Assembly (NCBI GenBank): GCA_964016885.1
Contig: OZ024743.1
Span: 172,236,001 to 172,300,000, forward strand
DNA: 64,000 nucleotides
Direction: 5' to 3'
Source: Eledone cirrhosa
Taxonomy: Eukaryota
Shown: positions 1 to 12,267 of the stretch, piece after piece
How positions within the stretch are numbered: the stretch's first letter is position 1
How the letters are laid out: every line of letters begins with the position of its first letter
The notes under the pieces: generated by a model
Told to the model about the DNA's origin: nothing
Database searches by the model: none
Seen by the model: the letters and a program-made list of their open reading frames with translations, nothing else
Made by a program: the position numbers and the translations under genes

Positions 1-3000
1 ATGTGTCAATGAAAACGAAGTAAATTGTAACACTTCGAATCGCAGGGTTGGGGCGGAATCACTGACAGCAGAACAAATTAAAGAAAGGATCGAAAGAGTG
101 GCGGGAGTGCATGCTCAAGATGAAACTCAAAATGAAAATAATGAGATCGTAAATGATAAAGAAATGAATGAAAATGAACTTGCCAACTTGAAGAATGAAA
201 TTATGATCGAATGGACGAAAATGAAAGAATCTGACATGGGGGAACGAGACACACTCTCCCTAAGATCCAGAACTCCAAACAGAACCAAAAGATAATACAC
301 AAGACTAACATAATTCTCAAAAAATTTTATCATCACAAATAAACTAAACATTACTGATCTAAATCATGTTTATTATGCATTGGCTAAAGTCACCATTCAC
401 TTATGCGGAGTGAAAATGGAAAAACAAAGGAATTTCCACAAAAAAACCTACTTGGCAAGAGAACATCAATCGCCAAATAAACCTTCTCCGATCTGACATA
501 GGGATTTTAACAAACTATAAAGTAGGTGAACATGTTAACCAAACTAAACTTAGAAAATTGAAAAGAAAATACAGTATAAAATCAACAAGTGACATAGACA
601 TGCTGATAGAAACAATCAAGCAAAAAGTGTCGGCCAAAGCTGCTCGTATAAGGCGCTTTGAAAAAGGATCTATATTCTATTAGGACAATAATATGTTCAA
701 AAACAACCAAAGAAACTTCTACAGAAAATTTGGCAAGTCAACAATAACTGCTAAATCAATACCACCCAAGGAGGAAGTGCAAGAATTCTGGGAAAAGATC
801 TGGGCCGAAGAAAAAGTTCATAATATACATGCCCCATGGATAGACACACAAATATTGAAAGATACAGCTCACCTTGAGGAACAAACATGGGAAAATATAA
901 CATTTGAACATCTGCGTTTAGCTCTTAGTAAATCCAGCAAATGGAAATCACCAGGGAAAGACAAAATGCCAAATCTTTGGATAAATGCCTTCACGGAGTC
1001 TCATGAGCTGAAAGCCCAACTTTACAATGAATTGGTTAAGGAGCCAGAAAAGATACCATCATGGCTAGTTAACGGCATTACATTCCTGCTTCCGAAGAAT
1101 GATGAGACAAACAATCCCAAAAATTACAGATCGATAACTTGCTCGACCACAATGTATAACATTATAACATCAGTCGTAACTGAATATACATATGACCACC
1201 TGATAACAAATGACCTATTTCCCATTGAGCAGAAAGGGTGTAAACGAGGTTCATATGGCTGTAAGTATCAGCTTTTTGTTAACAAAATGATACTGGAAGA
1301 TTGTCATAATAGACAGAAAAATCTATCAATTCCTTGGATAGTTTGCCACACAGTTGGATTGAAAAGTGTTTAGAGATTTACAAAATATCTTCCGTTGTCA
1401 GGAGGTTCCTGTCATTCAGTAAGAAACATGGAAAACGACACTCCTTTTGAGTAGAGAAAAAGAATCACTGGAAGCTGGAGTAGTTAATATGTATTGTGGA
1501 ATTTTTCAGGGTGACTCTTTATCACCGCTTTTATTCTGCATCGCACTTATACCATTAAGTAAAATGCTCAATGAAACAAAACATGGATTTAAAGTCTATG
1601 ACAAAACCATTAATCACTTGTTCTACATGGATGACCTGAAACTATTTGAAAAAAATGATGAGCAATTGTAAGGGCTATTATCCACTGTGAAGCAGTTCAG
1701 TGATGATGTTAAAATGGAGTTTGGACTAGACAAATGCGCCAAAGCCACGTTCACCAGAGGAAAGCTGCTGAGAAGTTCAGACATTAATCTTGATCGGGGG
1801 AACTTGATCAAGGGGAAACTTACAAATATCTAGGTGTTTGTGAAGGAGACGGAATCAAGCACTTGACAATGAGGGAAAGGGTCAGGAAGGAGTTTTACCG
1901 CAGAGTAAGAGCAATCTTAAGAACGGAATTGAATGCAAGGAATAGGATCGATGCCATAAATATGCTTGCCATACCAGTAGTAACCTACAGTTACAATGTC
2001 ATCAACTGGTCAAGCACAGAGATCCGTAGGCTCGATACAAAATTTAGAAAATTCTTAACCATGTACAAAATGCCTCACCTTAACGCAGATACAGATAGAA
2101 CATATCTCCCTAGCTAGGAAAGAAGGAGGACGTGGATTAATCCAGTTAGATATTGCTTTGAAAACTGCAACAATTGGATTATCTACATATCTATGGGAAT
2201 CACATCATTGGATGATCAAACTCGTTTTGAAACCCGAAAGCATCAAAAGATCATACTCCACTACAAAAGATGCACAACGATAGAGTAATGAACTAGAAAT
2301 TTCAGAAGTTCCATTTACTGCTGAAATTAAAAAGACAAAAAAAGCAAAGCAGGTAAAAGTAACTGCAAAGAAAGAACTGCTACAGAAACTGGCTAAGAAA
2401 TGGCAAGAAAAGCCTCTGTATGGAAAATACCTAGAAAAAGCTAACAATCCTGATGTTGACAAAACTTTAACCCATCAGTGGTTGGCATCCTCTGGACTGA
2501 AATCGGAGACTGAAAGACTGATTATATCAGCACAAGATCAGTGTCTGCCAACATAAAATTATCAAGCCAACATAATAAAAAATGGATGCGACCCATTATG
2601 CCGTGTATGTAAAAAACAACCAGAGACCATTGATCATATAATTTCAATATGCGGTACTATAGCTCCAACCGAATACCTAAACAGGCACGAGAGAGCTGCA
2701 CAATACATACATTGGATAATGTGTAAGCATTTTAACCTGCTACATCAAAAGAATTGGTAGGAGCATCAACCACCTCCCGTACTGAAAAAGATCACATCTC
2801 ATTCTTGTGGCACTTTAGCATCCAAACAGACCGAAAAATTATCACAAATCCCAGGAAACTCGCGTATAGAAGAAATACAAAAGATAGTACTAATGGGAAC
2901 TGCCCATATACTAAGGAAGATTTTGTCAATATAAGTACATCACAAGTCTAAACACCCAAAGATGCATGTGTGTGTATGTATGCTCTTTCTTGAAGATGGC

Positions 3001-3072
3001 GGACCTTACTGTCTCTTGAGGTCACTGGTTGGGACTTGGTGATAACTCGTATGAACATAAAGCAAAATAAAT
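1..3072 (+). pseudogene. R4/Dong-clade non-LTR retrotransposon, family B, degenerate copy (5' end outside window)
   Basis: Broken ORFs carry RT motifs (KSPGKD, NYRSITC, GIFQGDSLSPLLF, HLFYMDDLKLF) and a CCHC region. The 3' UTR matches 37123-37266. There are many stops and frameshifts and an internal deletion in the endonuclease. Confidence 0.9.
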
Positions 3073-3770
3073 GCACAAGGCCAGCAATTATCCCAGAGCA
3101 TTACTGGTACTTGATTTTATCGACCTCGTAAGGATGAAAGGCAAAGTTAATAATGGTTTCTTATTTAGGCACAAGGTCAGCAAGTTGGTGGCGTTGAGGG
3201 AAACGGCGATGAAATTGACCCTAGTGCGTGAGTGGTACTTTATTTTATCGACCCCGTAAGGATGAAAGGAAAAGTTAACCTCGGCAGAATTTGAACTCAG
3301 ATCATAAAGGGCCGTAACTCTATGCGGCAAAGCATGGCGTTCGACCCTCTACCGATACTGCCAATCCACCGCCCTAATAATAATAATAATAATTGTTTCT
3401 ACTTTTGGACCAAGACCAGCAATTACGCAGTACATTACTGGTACTTTATTTTATCGACCCCGTAAGGATGAAAGGCAAAGTTAACCTCGACAAGATTTGA
3501 ACTCAGACCGTAATAGGACGTAACTATGATAGAAAGCATGACGTCCAACCCTCTACCGATACTGCCAAGGCACAAGGCCAAACTTTTGGGGGAGGGGAAA
3601 GTCGATTAAATTGACCCCAGTGCGTGACTGGTACTTTATTTTATCGACCCCGTAAGGATGAAAGGCAAAGTTAACCTTGGCGGGATTTGAACTCAGATCA
3701 TAAAGGTACGTAACTCTATGCTGGAAAGCATGGCGTCCGACCCTCCATCGATACCGCCAATCCACCGCCC
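3073..3770 (-). mobile_element. Cluster of four tRNA-derived SINE copies (Meta-domain-like core), two of a longer-tail variant
   Basis: Repeated units at ~3073-3150, 3155-3373, 3391-3566 and 3568-3770. The reverse complement shows an A box (TGGCAGTATCGG), a B box (GAGTTCAAATCC) and the core GCCTTTCATCCTTACGGGGTCGATAAAAT. Confidence 0.9.
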
Positions 3771-3789
3771 ATAATATTAATAATAATGA

Positions 3790-4955
3790 TGATAGACTTT
3801 ACTTAAAGAGATCTGAAGGTGGAAGAGGTCCCTTTATGATCTGAGTTCAAATCCCGCCGAGGTTAACTTTGCCTTTCATCCTTACGGGGTCGATAAAATA
3901 AAGTACCAGTGTTCAGATGGAGAAAAACAACCTGCACAAATATGTGGCTGATAGTAGGGAACCAATGCTCAAAATTGTACTGAAGGAGAAGACAAGAGAC
4001 CAGGGGATGTCCAAGGAAGAAATAATTGTTTCTACTTTAGGCACAAGACCAGCAAATACCCAGTGCATTACTGGTACTTTATTTTATCGACCCCGTAAGG
4101 ATGAAAGGCAAAGTCAACCTCCAAGGAAGAAATAACAACAAGTGGGAAGAGCAACGCTCATGAAAAATCCCTTCATAGTACCTTCTTTAAGAAAACGGAA
4201 TTCAGAGATCCACAGACATGGAACTGGTTAAAAATAGGAGACCTTAAAAAAGCTACAGCAGAAATGCTAATAATTGCGCAAGGGCAAGCCCTCAGAACGA
4301 AGTGGGTGAGACACAATATTGACAAGGAGGAGGTTAGCTCACTGTGTAGGATCTGTGGAGAGAGAGAGGAGACTGTGGGTCACATTGTATCCGAGTGTAA
4401 AGGCTGGAGACATGATATTAGAGGCAGGGTGATTTACTGGTATCTATGCAAACTAAACAATTTACTACATTCTGAGAAGTGGTATGAGAGGTGGCCAGAG
4501 TCGGTGATAGAAAACGATCCAGTAAAGGTGCCATGGGATTTTAGGATACACACGGACAAGAAATTAGAACACAATAGGCCTGACCTGGTGGTTTTGGACA
4601 ATGAAAAAAGATCGTGCCTGATTCTAGCTGTAGCCTGCCCATTTGACACGAGAGGGAGAAAATTAACTGATACCAGGATTAAAGTGGGAGTTAAAAAGGA
4701 TTTGGAACTGCCATGAAATCAAGGTCGTCCCGATTGTCATAGGTGCACTTGGTACTATCTCAAAGAGTTTCCAAGGATGGTTAAAGAAAATTAGTCCAGC
4801 CCCGCTTTTTGGAACACTTCAAAAGGCATGCTTGCTGGGAACAGCAAAAACCCTCCGATACGTCCTGAATATCTGCGGCTGCAGGTAGCGGCTTGATATT
4901 CATTTCACCCAACTTCCCAGTTAAATAACATCAGTGACTGGGACTCAAAGAACAA
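3790..4955 (+). pseudogene. 5'-truncated R4/Dong element related to family A, interrupted by two SINE fragments
   Basis: Homologous to 8518-9548 (CRICGEREETVGHIVSEC, RHD, RPDLVVLD). SINE pieces lie at 3829-3910 (+) and 4026-4119 (-); the latter has the 16-bp TSD TCCAAGGAAGAAATAA at 4010 and 4120. Confidence 0.88.
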
Positions 4956-4956
4956 C

Positions 4957-5030
<74 letters not shown>
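4956..5030 (+). repeat. (TAA)n microsatellite, R4/Dong tail and target
   Basis: Pure AAT run between the 3' end of one element and the 5' end of the next. Confidence 0.97.
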
Positions 5031-8000
5031 GGGAAGAAGACGCACGAGGTGACGGAGGTCATGAAATCGCTCCCGTAAGTTTTGAATTTTTAACATATTT
5101 AAACCATTTGTGAAATAACAACTCTTAGCACAAATGCTACGTAAAGCACCCGGCTTGAGCCCCAAAAAATTCGGACCCAAAATATATTGTTATAAGGCTC
5201 AAATATTCAAATATTCAACTTTGTATTGTACACTGTATATCCAAAAAAAAAAAAATGGCTATAAATGGAAGAAGAACCCCTCCCCTCCTCTCCTCTGGCT
5301 ACACTATATAGGACAGCTAAACTCACCAACACCAGAAACTAGATACACCACCCACCCCATCATCTGTGTACACTAAACACAACAGCCAGATAACGACACA
5401 TTTTCACCTTCACCGCCACCGCTCACTACGGCCATCATTACCACCACTATCCCATCACCGCCGCCACCACCCCTTGACTCCGCTACAGCACCATCACTAC
5501 AGTAATACGGTCACATCACCGCCACCACTGCCTCGGTATCGACATCACCACCACCACTGTCTCAGTATCGCTAACGCCGCCAGTCTCCCACTTCCCTGCT
5601 GGTTGCTACTTCCACATTATAGAATTCCTACTACTACCAAAGAGGAAGGCATCAAAATATATAGATAGACCCAAAAGAAAAAAGAAAAAACAAACAACAA
5701 AACCAAAGCAGCACAACGAGAAAAACAAACAGAGAAAAACGAAAACAAAAAAAAGAAACCCCAAAAACGTAAAGAAAATAAGAATGAAGAGAGAAGCAGG
5801 CGGACGGACAGAGAAGAGGGGGGAAAAAGTAAAACTTAAAAAACTAAAACTAAGTCAGACATTCGAACACTACATTACAATGAAACTTATGCTTATTCAT
5901 TTCTGGGGCCCTTTCTGCCTGTGTGTTTGTTTGTTTATGTGTGTTCGTATACAGCGTGGTGATAATGCCACACAAGGGCCAAGTGGGATGGCGGATCCAC
6001 AGATGCTATGTAAACATACATTCGCCAATCCTCGATAAGAGTGTTTAAATATCGAACATAAACAGTTCGAATAACGGTGAAATGGAGACTAGAACGTCAT
6101 GTGACAGACTCTCACCCAACAGGTGCCCCCTGGCTCAGCAGCAGGAACCTGACTGTCAACCAAATACTGCTGATGTTGGAGGAAGGAGAAGAAGGAAAGG
6201 GGCCAGAACCAACTGGACGAAAGAATTGAATAGAACTGTTATGCAATGCTACCTGAAAAGTAACCCCAAGGAGAGGGGCTACAGGAGACGGATGCATAAC
6301 ATCTGGAACGAGATTGGTTTATTTAAATTAGATGAACAAAAATTGGCCGGGCAGGCTCGGGTAATAAGAACTAATGGGTGGATAAGCGAGCTGGAACTGG
6401 AGGAACTGAGCAGAGAGAATGGCTTGGAGATGGCGGGTGTAGTATGCCAGACAAGCGAGCCGGTGGGAAATGAAGGTGAGGAGGTCCTGAGAACGGAGGA
6501 ACCACCCGAAGCAGACAATGATCTGAGTACTGAGATAAATAATACCTGGAACAGAGATACGGCCACTGAGGAGATGAATGCTGACGGGCTAGGACAAGAT
6601 TCGGTTGACATCCTAAATTTAGTGGTAGATGAATTGAACAATGATAGTGGGAGACCTATGAACCTAAGATTTGTAGACAGGAAAAAGTTAAAAGAAACAA
6701 CAGCTAAGGTAAACAAAGTCATCCCATACCTTGAGGCGAGGAGCCTTCACCAGTGCAACAATATCCTCAGAGCAACAGCAAATACGGTGAGGAAACTACT
6801 TGGTATAAAAGCGAGAGGAAACAACAGACAAGAAAGAGCAGAGCCGTGGTGGAAGAAGCGACTGAGTGGGCAAATCGGGGAAATGAGAAATGACATAGGA
6901 AAGCTTGAGTCACTATTGAATGGGACACTAAAAAACATAGGCACTAAAAATAGACTGGAAATAAAATACAAAACTAGGAGTAAAAAGTTAAATATTATCA
7001 TAGAGGAATTGAAGCAACGCATTGTAGCAAAGAGTGCAAAAATCAGGCGATACGAGAACAGAGTCAGTCAGTATAAACAGAACCGTATGTTCGACAACAA
7101 CCAGAAGATGCTGTTTGGACAGCTTGAGGGCAAAGAAAGAGGCAACGACTTGATCCCTGGGGCGGAGCAAACTAAAACATTCTGGAGAGGAATATGGGAG
7201 CAGGATGTTAGACACAATGCCCAGGCAGGGTGGATTGAGACAGTACAGAGGGAGATCGGTGAGCAGGCACAGCAACAGACTGATTTGAGTATCACAGTTG
7301 AAACTCTTAAGGGGCAAGCCAAAAAACTAACCAACTGGAAATCACCAGGCCCAGATGGTGTGCAGGGGTATTGGATTAAACATCTAACATCCCTCCACCC
7401 GAAGCTGACGGCCATGTTCAATGACTGCTTGGTGTCGGGTGAGGTGCCAGAGTGGTTGACAAAAGGTACCACAGTTCTGATAATGAAAGACCGAATCAAG
7501 GGTAATGATGCTACCAACTATAGACCTATCACATGTCTGCCCGTAATGTGGAAACTGTTGACGAGCATTGTGTCTGAGGAAATCTACCATCACCTCCACA
7601 CAAACAACTTGTTACCGGACGAACAGAAAGGATGCCGAAAGAAGTCACGTGGTACAAAGGACCAGTTGCTTATTGATAAGATGGTAATGGGGAATTGCAG
7701 GAGGAGACACACTGATCTTGCCATGGGATGGATAGACTACAGAAAGGCATTTGACATGGTGCCTCATTCCTGGATCACCAAAAGCCTGGAGATCTTCAGG
7801 GTGGCAGATAACATCAGACAGTTGCTAGGCAGGAGTATGGGGCCCTGGGAGACAGAGTTGACATCAACTGGAGTATCCTTGGGAAGCGTGAAGATCAAGA
7901 GAGGTATCTTCCAGGGAGATAGCCTGTCCCCTCTGTTGTTTGTCCTTGCCCTGATGCCCTTGACCATTATGCTGCGAAAAGTGAGAGCAGGATACAAGTT

Positions 8001-9560
8001 GGGAAGGGGAGAGCTTACCATCAATCACCTCCTCTTCATGGACGATCTTAAGCTCTTCGGGAAAAGTGAGAAGGAGTTGGATGTGCTTGTTGACACTGTC
8101 CGTATTTTCAGCAGTGATATATGTATGCAGTTTGGTATTGGTAAATGTGGAGTCATTGTGATGAAGAGGGGTAGGTTGAGCAGAAGTAACGGGATCCAGA
8201 TACCAACAGGTGAGATGATAAAGGAAATTGACTCTGAGGAAGGATACAAGTATTTGGGCGTTCTGGAGGCTGATGGCATAAAGAACAAAAAAATGAAGGA
8301 ATTGTTAAGAACTGAATACATTCGGAGAGTAAGGAGCGTATTGAAGTCACATCTGAACAGCAGAAATGCCATAAGCGCAGTAAATTCCCGAGCTGTGTCT
8401 ATTATTAGGTACAGTGCGGGAATTCTGAGATGGAATGTTGCTGAACAGAAAGAAATGGATAGGAAGACTAGGAAGCTATTGACTATCTACAACATGTTCC
8501 ACAAGAGGAGTGATGTCGATAGACTCTACCTAAGGAGATATGAGGGTGGAAGAGGTCTTATCAGCATAGAGGACGGTGTTCAGATGGAGAAAAACAACCT
8601 ATACAAATACGTGACCTATAGTAAGGAGCCAATGCTCAGAGCTGTACTGAAGGAGGGGACAGTAGGCCAGGGGATGTCCAGGGAGGAAATAACATCTAGG
8701 AGGAAGAGAAGCCTTAAGGGAAAACCCCTTCATAGTACCTTCTTTGAGAAAACTGAATTTAGAGATCCACAGACATGGAACTGGTTGAGAAGAGGAGACC
8801 TCAAAAAGGCTACAGAAGGAATGCTAATGGCTGCGCAGGAGCAGGCCCTCAAAACGAAGTGGTTGAAGCACCATATCTACAAGGAGGAGGCCAGCCCACT
8901 GTGCAGGATCTGTGGAGAGAGAGAGGAGACTGTGGCTCACATTGTGTCCGAGTGTAAACACCTAGCCCAGACCCACTATAAGGGCTGGAGACACGATGTG
9001 ATGGGCTGGGTGATCCACTGGCACCTGTGCAAAGTAAACAATCTACCACATTCTGAGAAATGGTATGAGCATAGGCCAGAGGCGGTGATGGAGAACAATC
9101 AGGTGAAGGTGCTGTGGGATTTTAGGATACAGACGGACAAAAAACTGGAACACAATAGACCTGACCTGGTGGTTGTGGACAAAGAAAAAAGATCGTGCCT
9201 GATTGTGGATGTGGCCTGCCCGTTCGACACGAGAGTGCAAGAGAAGGAGAGGGAGAAAATTAACCGATACCAGGACCTAAAGTGGGGGGTGAAAAGGATT
9301 TGGAATTGCCATGAAGTCAAAGTGATCCCGATTGTCATAGGCGCACTGGGGACTATCTCCAAAAGTTTCCAGGGATGGTTAAAGAAAATCGGCCCCTTCA
9401 CGCTTTTTGGAACGCTTCAAAAGGCATGCTTGCTTGGAACAGCAAGAACCCTCCGATACGTCCTGAATATCTGAAGCTACAGGTAGTGGCTTGATATTCA
9501 ATCCAACGGACTTTCCAGTTAACCAACATCAATGACTGAGATTCAAGGAATAACAATAAC
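5031..9560 (+). mobile_element. Full-length R4/Dong-clade retrotransposon, family A copy 1
   Basis: ~1.05-kb 5' leader, single ORF and ~75-nt 3' UTR, bounded by (TAA)n on both sides. Near-identical to 21573-26100. Confidence 0.93.
6082..9474 (+). CDS. R4/Dong-type polyprotein: N-terminal domain, reverse transcriptase, CCHC zinc knuckle, restriction-like (PD..D) endonuclease; 1130 aa, uninterrupted
   Basis: Motifs KSPGPDG, NYRPITCL, IDYRKAFD, GIFQGDSLSPLLF, LFMDDLKL, YKYLG, EGGRGL, CRIC..ETVAHIVSEC, RHD, RPDLVVVD..IVDVA and KEREKINRY. Confidence 0.95.
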   Translation: METRTSCDRLSPNRCPLAQQQEPDCQPNTADVGGRRRRKGARTNWTKELNRTVMQCYLKSNPKERGYRRRMHNIWNEIGLFKLDEQKLAGQARVIRTNGWISELELEELSRENGLEMAGVVCQTSEPVGNEGEEVLRTEEPPEADNDLSTEINNTWNRDTATEEMNADGLGQDSVDILNLVVDELNNDSGRPMNLRFVDRKKLKETTAKVNKVIPYLEARSLHQCNNILRATANTVRKLLGIKARGNNRQERAEPWWKKRLSGQIGEMRNDIGKLESLLNGTLKNIGTKNRLEIKYKTRSKKLNIIIEELKQRIVAKSAKIRRYENRVSQYKQNRMFDNNQKMLFGQLEGKERGNDLIPGAEQTKTFWRGIWEQDVRHNAQAGWIETVQREIGEQAQQQTDLSITVETLKGQAKKLTNWKSPGPDGVQGYWIKHLTSLHPKLTAMFNDCLVSGEVPEWLTKGTTVLIMKDRIKGNDATNYRPITCLPVMWKLLTSIVSEEIYHHLHTNNLLPDEQKGCRKKSRGTKDQLLIDKMVMGNCRRRHTDLAMGWIDYRKAFDMVPHSWITKSLEIFRVADNIRQLLGRSMGPWETELTSTGVSLGSVKIKRGIFQGDSLSPLLFVLALMPLTIMLRKVRAGYKLGRGELTINHLLFMDDLKLFGKSEKELDVLVDTVRIFSSDICMQFGIGKCGVIVMKRGRLSRSNGIQIPTGEMIKEIDSEEGYKYLGVLEADGIKNKKMKELLRTEYIRRVRSVLKSHLNSRNAISAVNSRAVSIIRYSAGILRWNVAEQKEMDRKTRKLLTIYNMFHKRSDVDRLYLRRYEGGRGLISIEDGVQMEKNNLYKYVTYSKEPMLRAVLKEGTVGQGMSREEITSRRKRSLKGKPLHSTFFEKTEFRDPQTWNWLRRGDLKKATEGMLMAAQEQALKTKWLKHHIYKEEASPLCRICGEREETVAHIVSECKHLAQTHYKGWRHDVMGWVIHWHLCKVNNLPHSEKWYEHRPEAVMENNQVKVLWDFRIQTDKKLEHNRPDLVVVDKEKRSCLIVDVACPFDTRVQEKEREKINRYQDLKWGVKRIWNCHEVKVIPIVIGALGTISKSFQGWLKKIGPFTLFGTLQKACLLGTARTLRYVLNI

Positions 9561-9632
<72 letters not shown>
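9548..9632 (+). repeat. (TAA)n tract
   Basis: AATAAC x2 followed by an AAT run. Confidence 0.97.
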
Positions 9633-9633
<1 letters not shown>

Positions 9634-9635
<2 letters not shown>

Positions 9636-10216
9636 GGAAGAAGACGCACGAGGTGGTAGAAGGTCATGAAATCGCTCCCGTAAATTTTGAATTTTTAACA
9701 TATTTAAATCATTTGTGAAATAACAACTCTTAGTACAAATGTTACGTAAAGCATCCGGCTTGACCCCCAAAAAAATTCGGACCCAAAATATATTGGCTCA
9801 AATATTCAAATATTCAACTACATCATTACTACAACTATCCAATCACCGCCGCCACCACTCCTTCATTGCTACCACCGCTACAACACCATCACTACAGTAA
9901 TACGATCACATCACCACCACCACTGTCTCAGTATCGCTACCGCCGCTATTGTCTCCCACTGCTTCCTGCTAGTTGCTGCTAGAACAGCACTGCCACCACA
10001 TTATAGAATTCCTACTAAAAAAGAGGAAGGCATCAAAATATATAGATAGACTCAAAAGAAAAAACAAAAATCAAAACCAAAGCAGCACAGCAACAACAAC
10101 AAAAAAAAAAGAAAAACAAACAGAGAAAAACAAAAACAAAAAAAAACGTAAAGAAAATAAGAATGAAGAGAGAAACAAGCGGACGGACAGAGAAGAGAAG
10201 GGAAAAACTAAGTCAG
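9634..10216 (+). mobile_element. Family-A 5' leader only (internally deleted; ORF absent)
   Basis: Starts GGGAAGAAGACGCACGAGG..ATGAAATCGCTCCCGTAA like 5031. Ends at AACTAAGTCAG, where unrelated sequence begins. Confidence 0.85.
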
Positions 10217-10219
10217 CAC

Positions 10220-10555
10220 AACCTCTGCAGGAATTTTACCTACTTTTCAATCTCTTGGTCCATTTTGGGCCAGTATACATAACTTCTCATAAGAGCTTTT
10301 ACTCTTGAAATTCCCGGATGACTAATGTGAAATCCTTTTAATATTCGCATTTGTAGTGTGACGGAAATTACTACTCTTTGTGTATACATCAGTACATTGT
10401 CAAAAATTGAGTACGAGTTCGAATCTGGGTTGTGTTGTGCAAATGACATTTTTCTATGTATTTTTTCTGCTCTCAGTAATCTTTTCATTTTCATAATAAA
10501 ATCATCTTCTGCTTTTAATTTAAACGCTACAGGGACTGGATTAGCAAATTAGTTA
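10220..10555 (-). pseudogene. Ty3/gypsy-type pol fragment (integrase zinc-binding region)
   Basis: Translation RVVISVTLQMRILKGFHISHPGISRVKALMRSYVYWPKMDQEIEK matches the H-x3-HPG..K...RSYVYWP motif. Confidence 0.8.
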
Positions 10556-10559
10556 ATCA

Positions 10560-12255
10560 GCAGCTGACAGGGACCATCGTCAACAACAGGTGGTGGGGCG
10601 TTCTAAAGAGAGAGATTAGAGTAGCATCCATAGCATTCAGTAAAGAAGTAGCGATCGGAAAAAATAAAACGGAAAGGTAGTTAGTAACTATGATTAGATG
10701 AGGCGATTAGGAGTGGCATTGCAACCGACGTGCTGGATGTGAGAATGTCATTAGACCATTTATTCAATGCGAAACACGAAGCCTTCATTGCCAGGGCTAA
10801 GGCGCGTGCTCTAAGAAACGAGGGAACTAAAGCTGTTTGGTGGGTCCGCGAGACAGAGGCGCAGCGGGGTAACAAAACCACAATTCGGTCGTTGACGGAC
10901 CGAGACGGACGCGAGCAGAACGATTCTAGACAGAAGTGTCAGACCTTTCGTCAGCCATTTGCATGGCTGTTCGGGGGCAGTGGTGGGTCGGAGGTCGTGG
11001 TGGACTTCAGTCCCTACCTCAACGGCCTACCTGTTCTCTCGACGGCCGATGCTGATTGCTGTGAAAGACCAATAACTTCAGCCAAGATTCGGGAGGGCCT
11101 AGTCGGTTGTACCAGGCGCAAGTCACCCGGTTTAGATGGTCACCCCTATGAGCTTTACGTTGATATTCTAGATTTGTTCTCCGATCTCCTCGAAGCGCTA
11201 AACAGCCCATGTCAGCAGAATGGGAGTATTCCCAGAGTGATACTTTAGATAATTTCTGGCCCATAACTCTACTGAAGACAGAGTTTCAGATTTGAGCCAA
11301 GGTGTTAGTGAAGGGGTTGGCACATATCGGCGTAGATTTGGTACGGGAGGCGCAAACTTGCGCAATCCCGACACGACAACCTCCACTTCATGCGATACAT
11401 CTTAGAGAGGGTGGGGTTTAAACCTTGCTTCGGTGGGGCTCTGATCAACTTAGATCAATTGAAAGCATTCGATAGGGTCCACCATCGGTACCTAGAGGCT
11501 GTCCTCAAGGCAGCTGGCTTCAGCCCCATCTGCAGAAGCTGGATCGCTGCAATGCACAAAGGCATTTGCTCGGTGGTCAATCCTATGCCGTCCCTCTTAG
11601 CACATGACCAAATTGGAACGGCTGCTCTTCAACGTTTTGTGGAAGGAACAGGTTCTACTGGTGAGACGGTTCATCTTCTGCCAACACCCTTTACACGGAC
11701 AGCTGATGATGCACAAACATACGCGTGGAGATTACCCCGCTGCCTTCGTTTGGCCGGGAAAAGTAGGCAGTTTTCCTCTGTCTGATAGCTGTAACAAAAG
11801 AAGTTGTGTGGTGGACTCGACTGATATGTCGGAAGACAGACACTTTTCTCTTCGAGCAAGCCCTCGTCAACTTTTTCAAATTCCAATCGGAAAGAAAGTT
11901 GAGGGTGGAGAGACAAATACTGCCCCCCAGATCATTTTTTAAAAGGTGGGTGATTGTTGCGAGGATGACCCGCGTGAATGGGCTCACTCTGAACATGTGT
12001 CTGTAGGCTGGAAAGATTGAAGAAGAGAGGGACGTGTTCTTGGAGATGAGGTTAGCTTGGGATTTGTGGGGTGACTAACGTCACCTCTAGGTGTTATCCC
12101 CCCTACTGGGGAATTCTGTTGTTGATATTTTTCTGTTAATTGTTTTTGTTAATCATTTTACACGCTTGTATGTAAACACCCACTGGCCCCATCTTTGAAT
12201 TGTCCTCTATGTTCTGATCCTTGTGGCAATAATAAAGAAATGATAGTTATTATTA
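10560..12255 (+). pseudogene. L1/Tx1-like LINE ORF2 remnant with 3' end
   Basis: KSPGLDGHPYELY and LINLDQLKAFDRVHHRYL motifs. The 3' end has AATAAA followed by TTATTATT. Confidence 0.75.
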
Positions 12256-12267
12256 TGATTTGAAGTA

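Noticed and set aside
3073-3770. tRNA genes or a CRISPR-like repeat array
   Set aside because: The A and B boxes belong to SINE heads without a full cloverleaf. The units are ~200-bp SINEs with no repeat-spacer pattern and no cas genes.
4905-5180. Poly-Leu/Ile/Asn/Arg/Ser/Tyr and IY-repeat ORFs (also 9398, 21424, 26071, 32298, 46713, 47373-47890)
   Set aside because: These are translations of TAA, AGA and TA microsatellites, not genes.
6112-9401. Antisense ORFs recurring in all family A copies
   Set aside because: They are shadows of the sense RT ORF, and their recurrence only reflects copy similarity.
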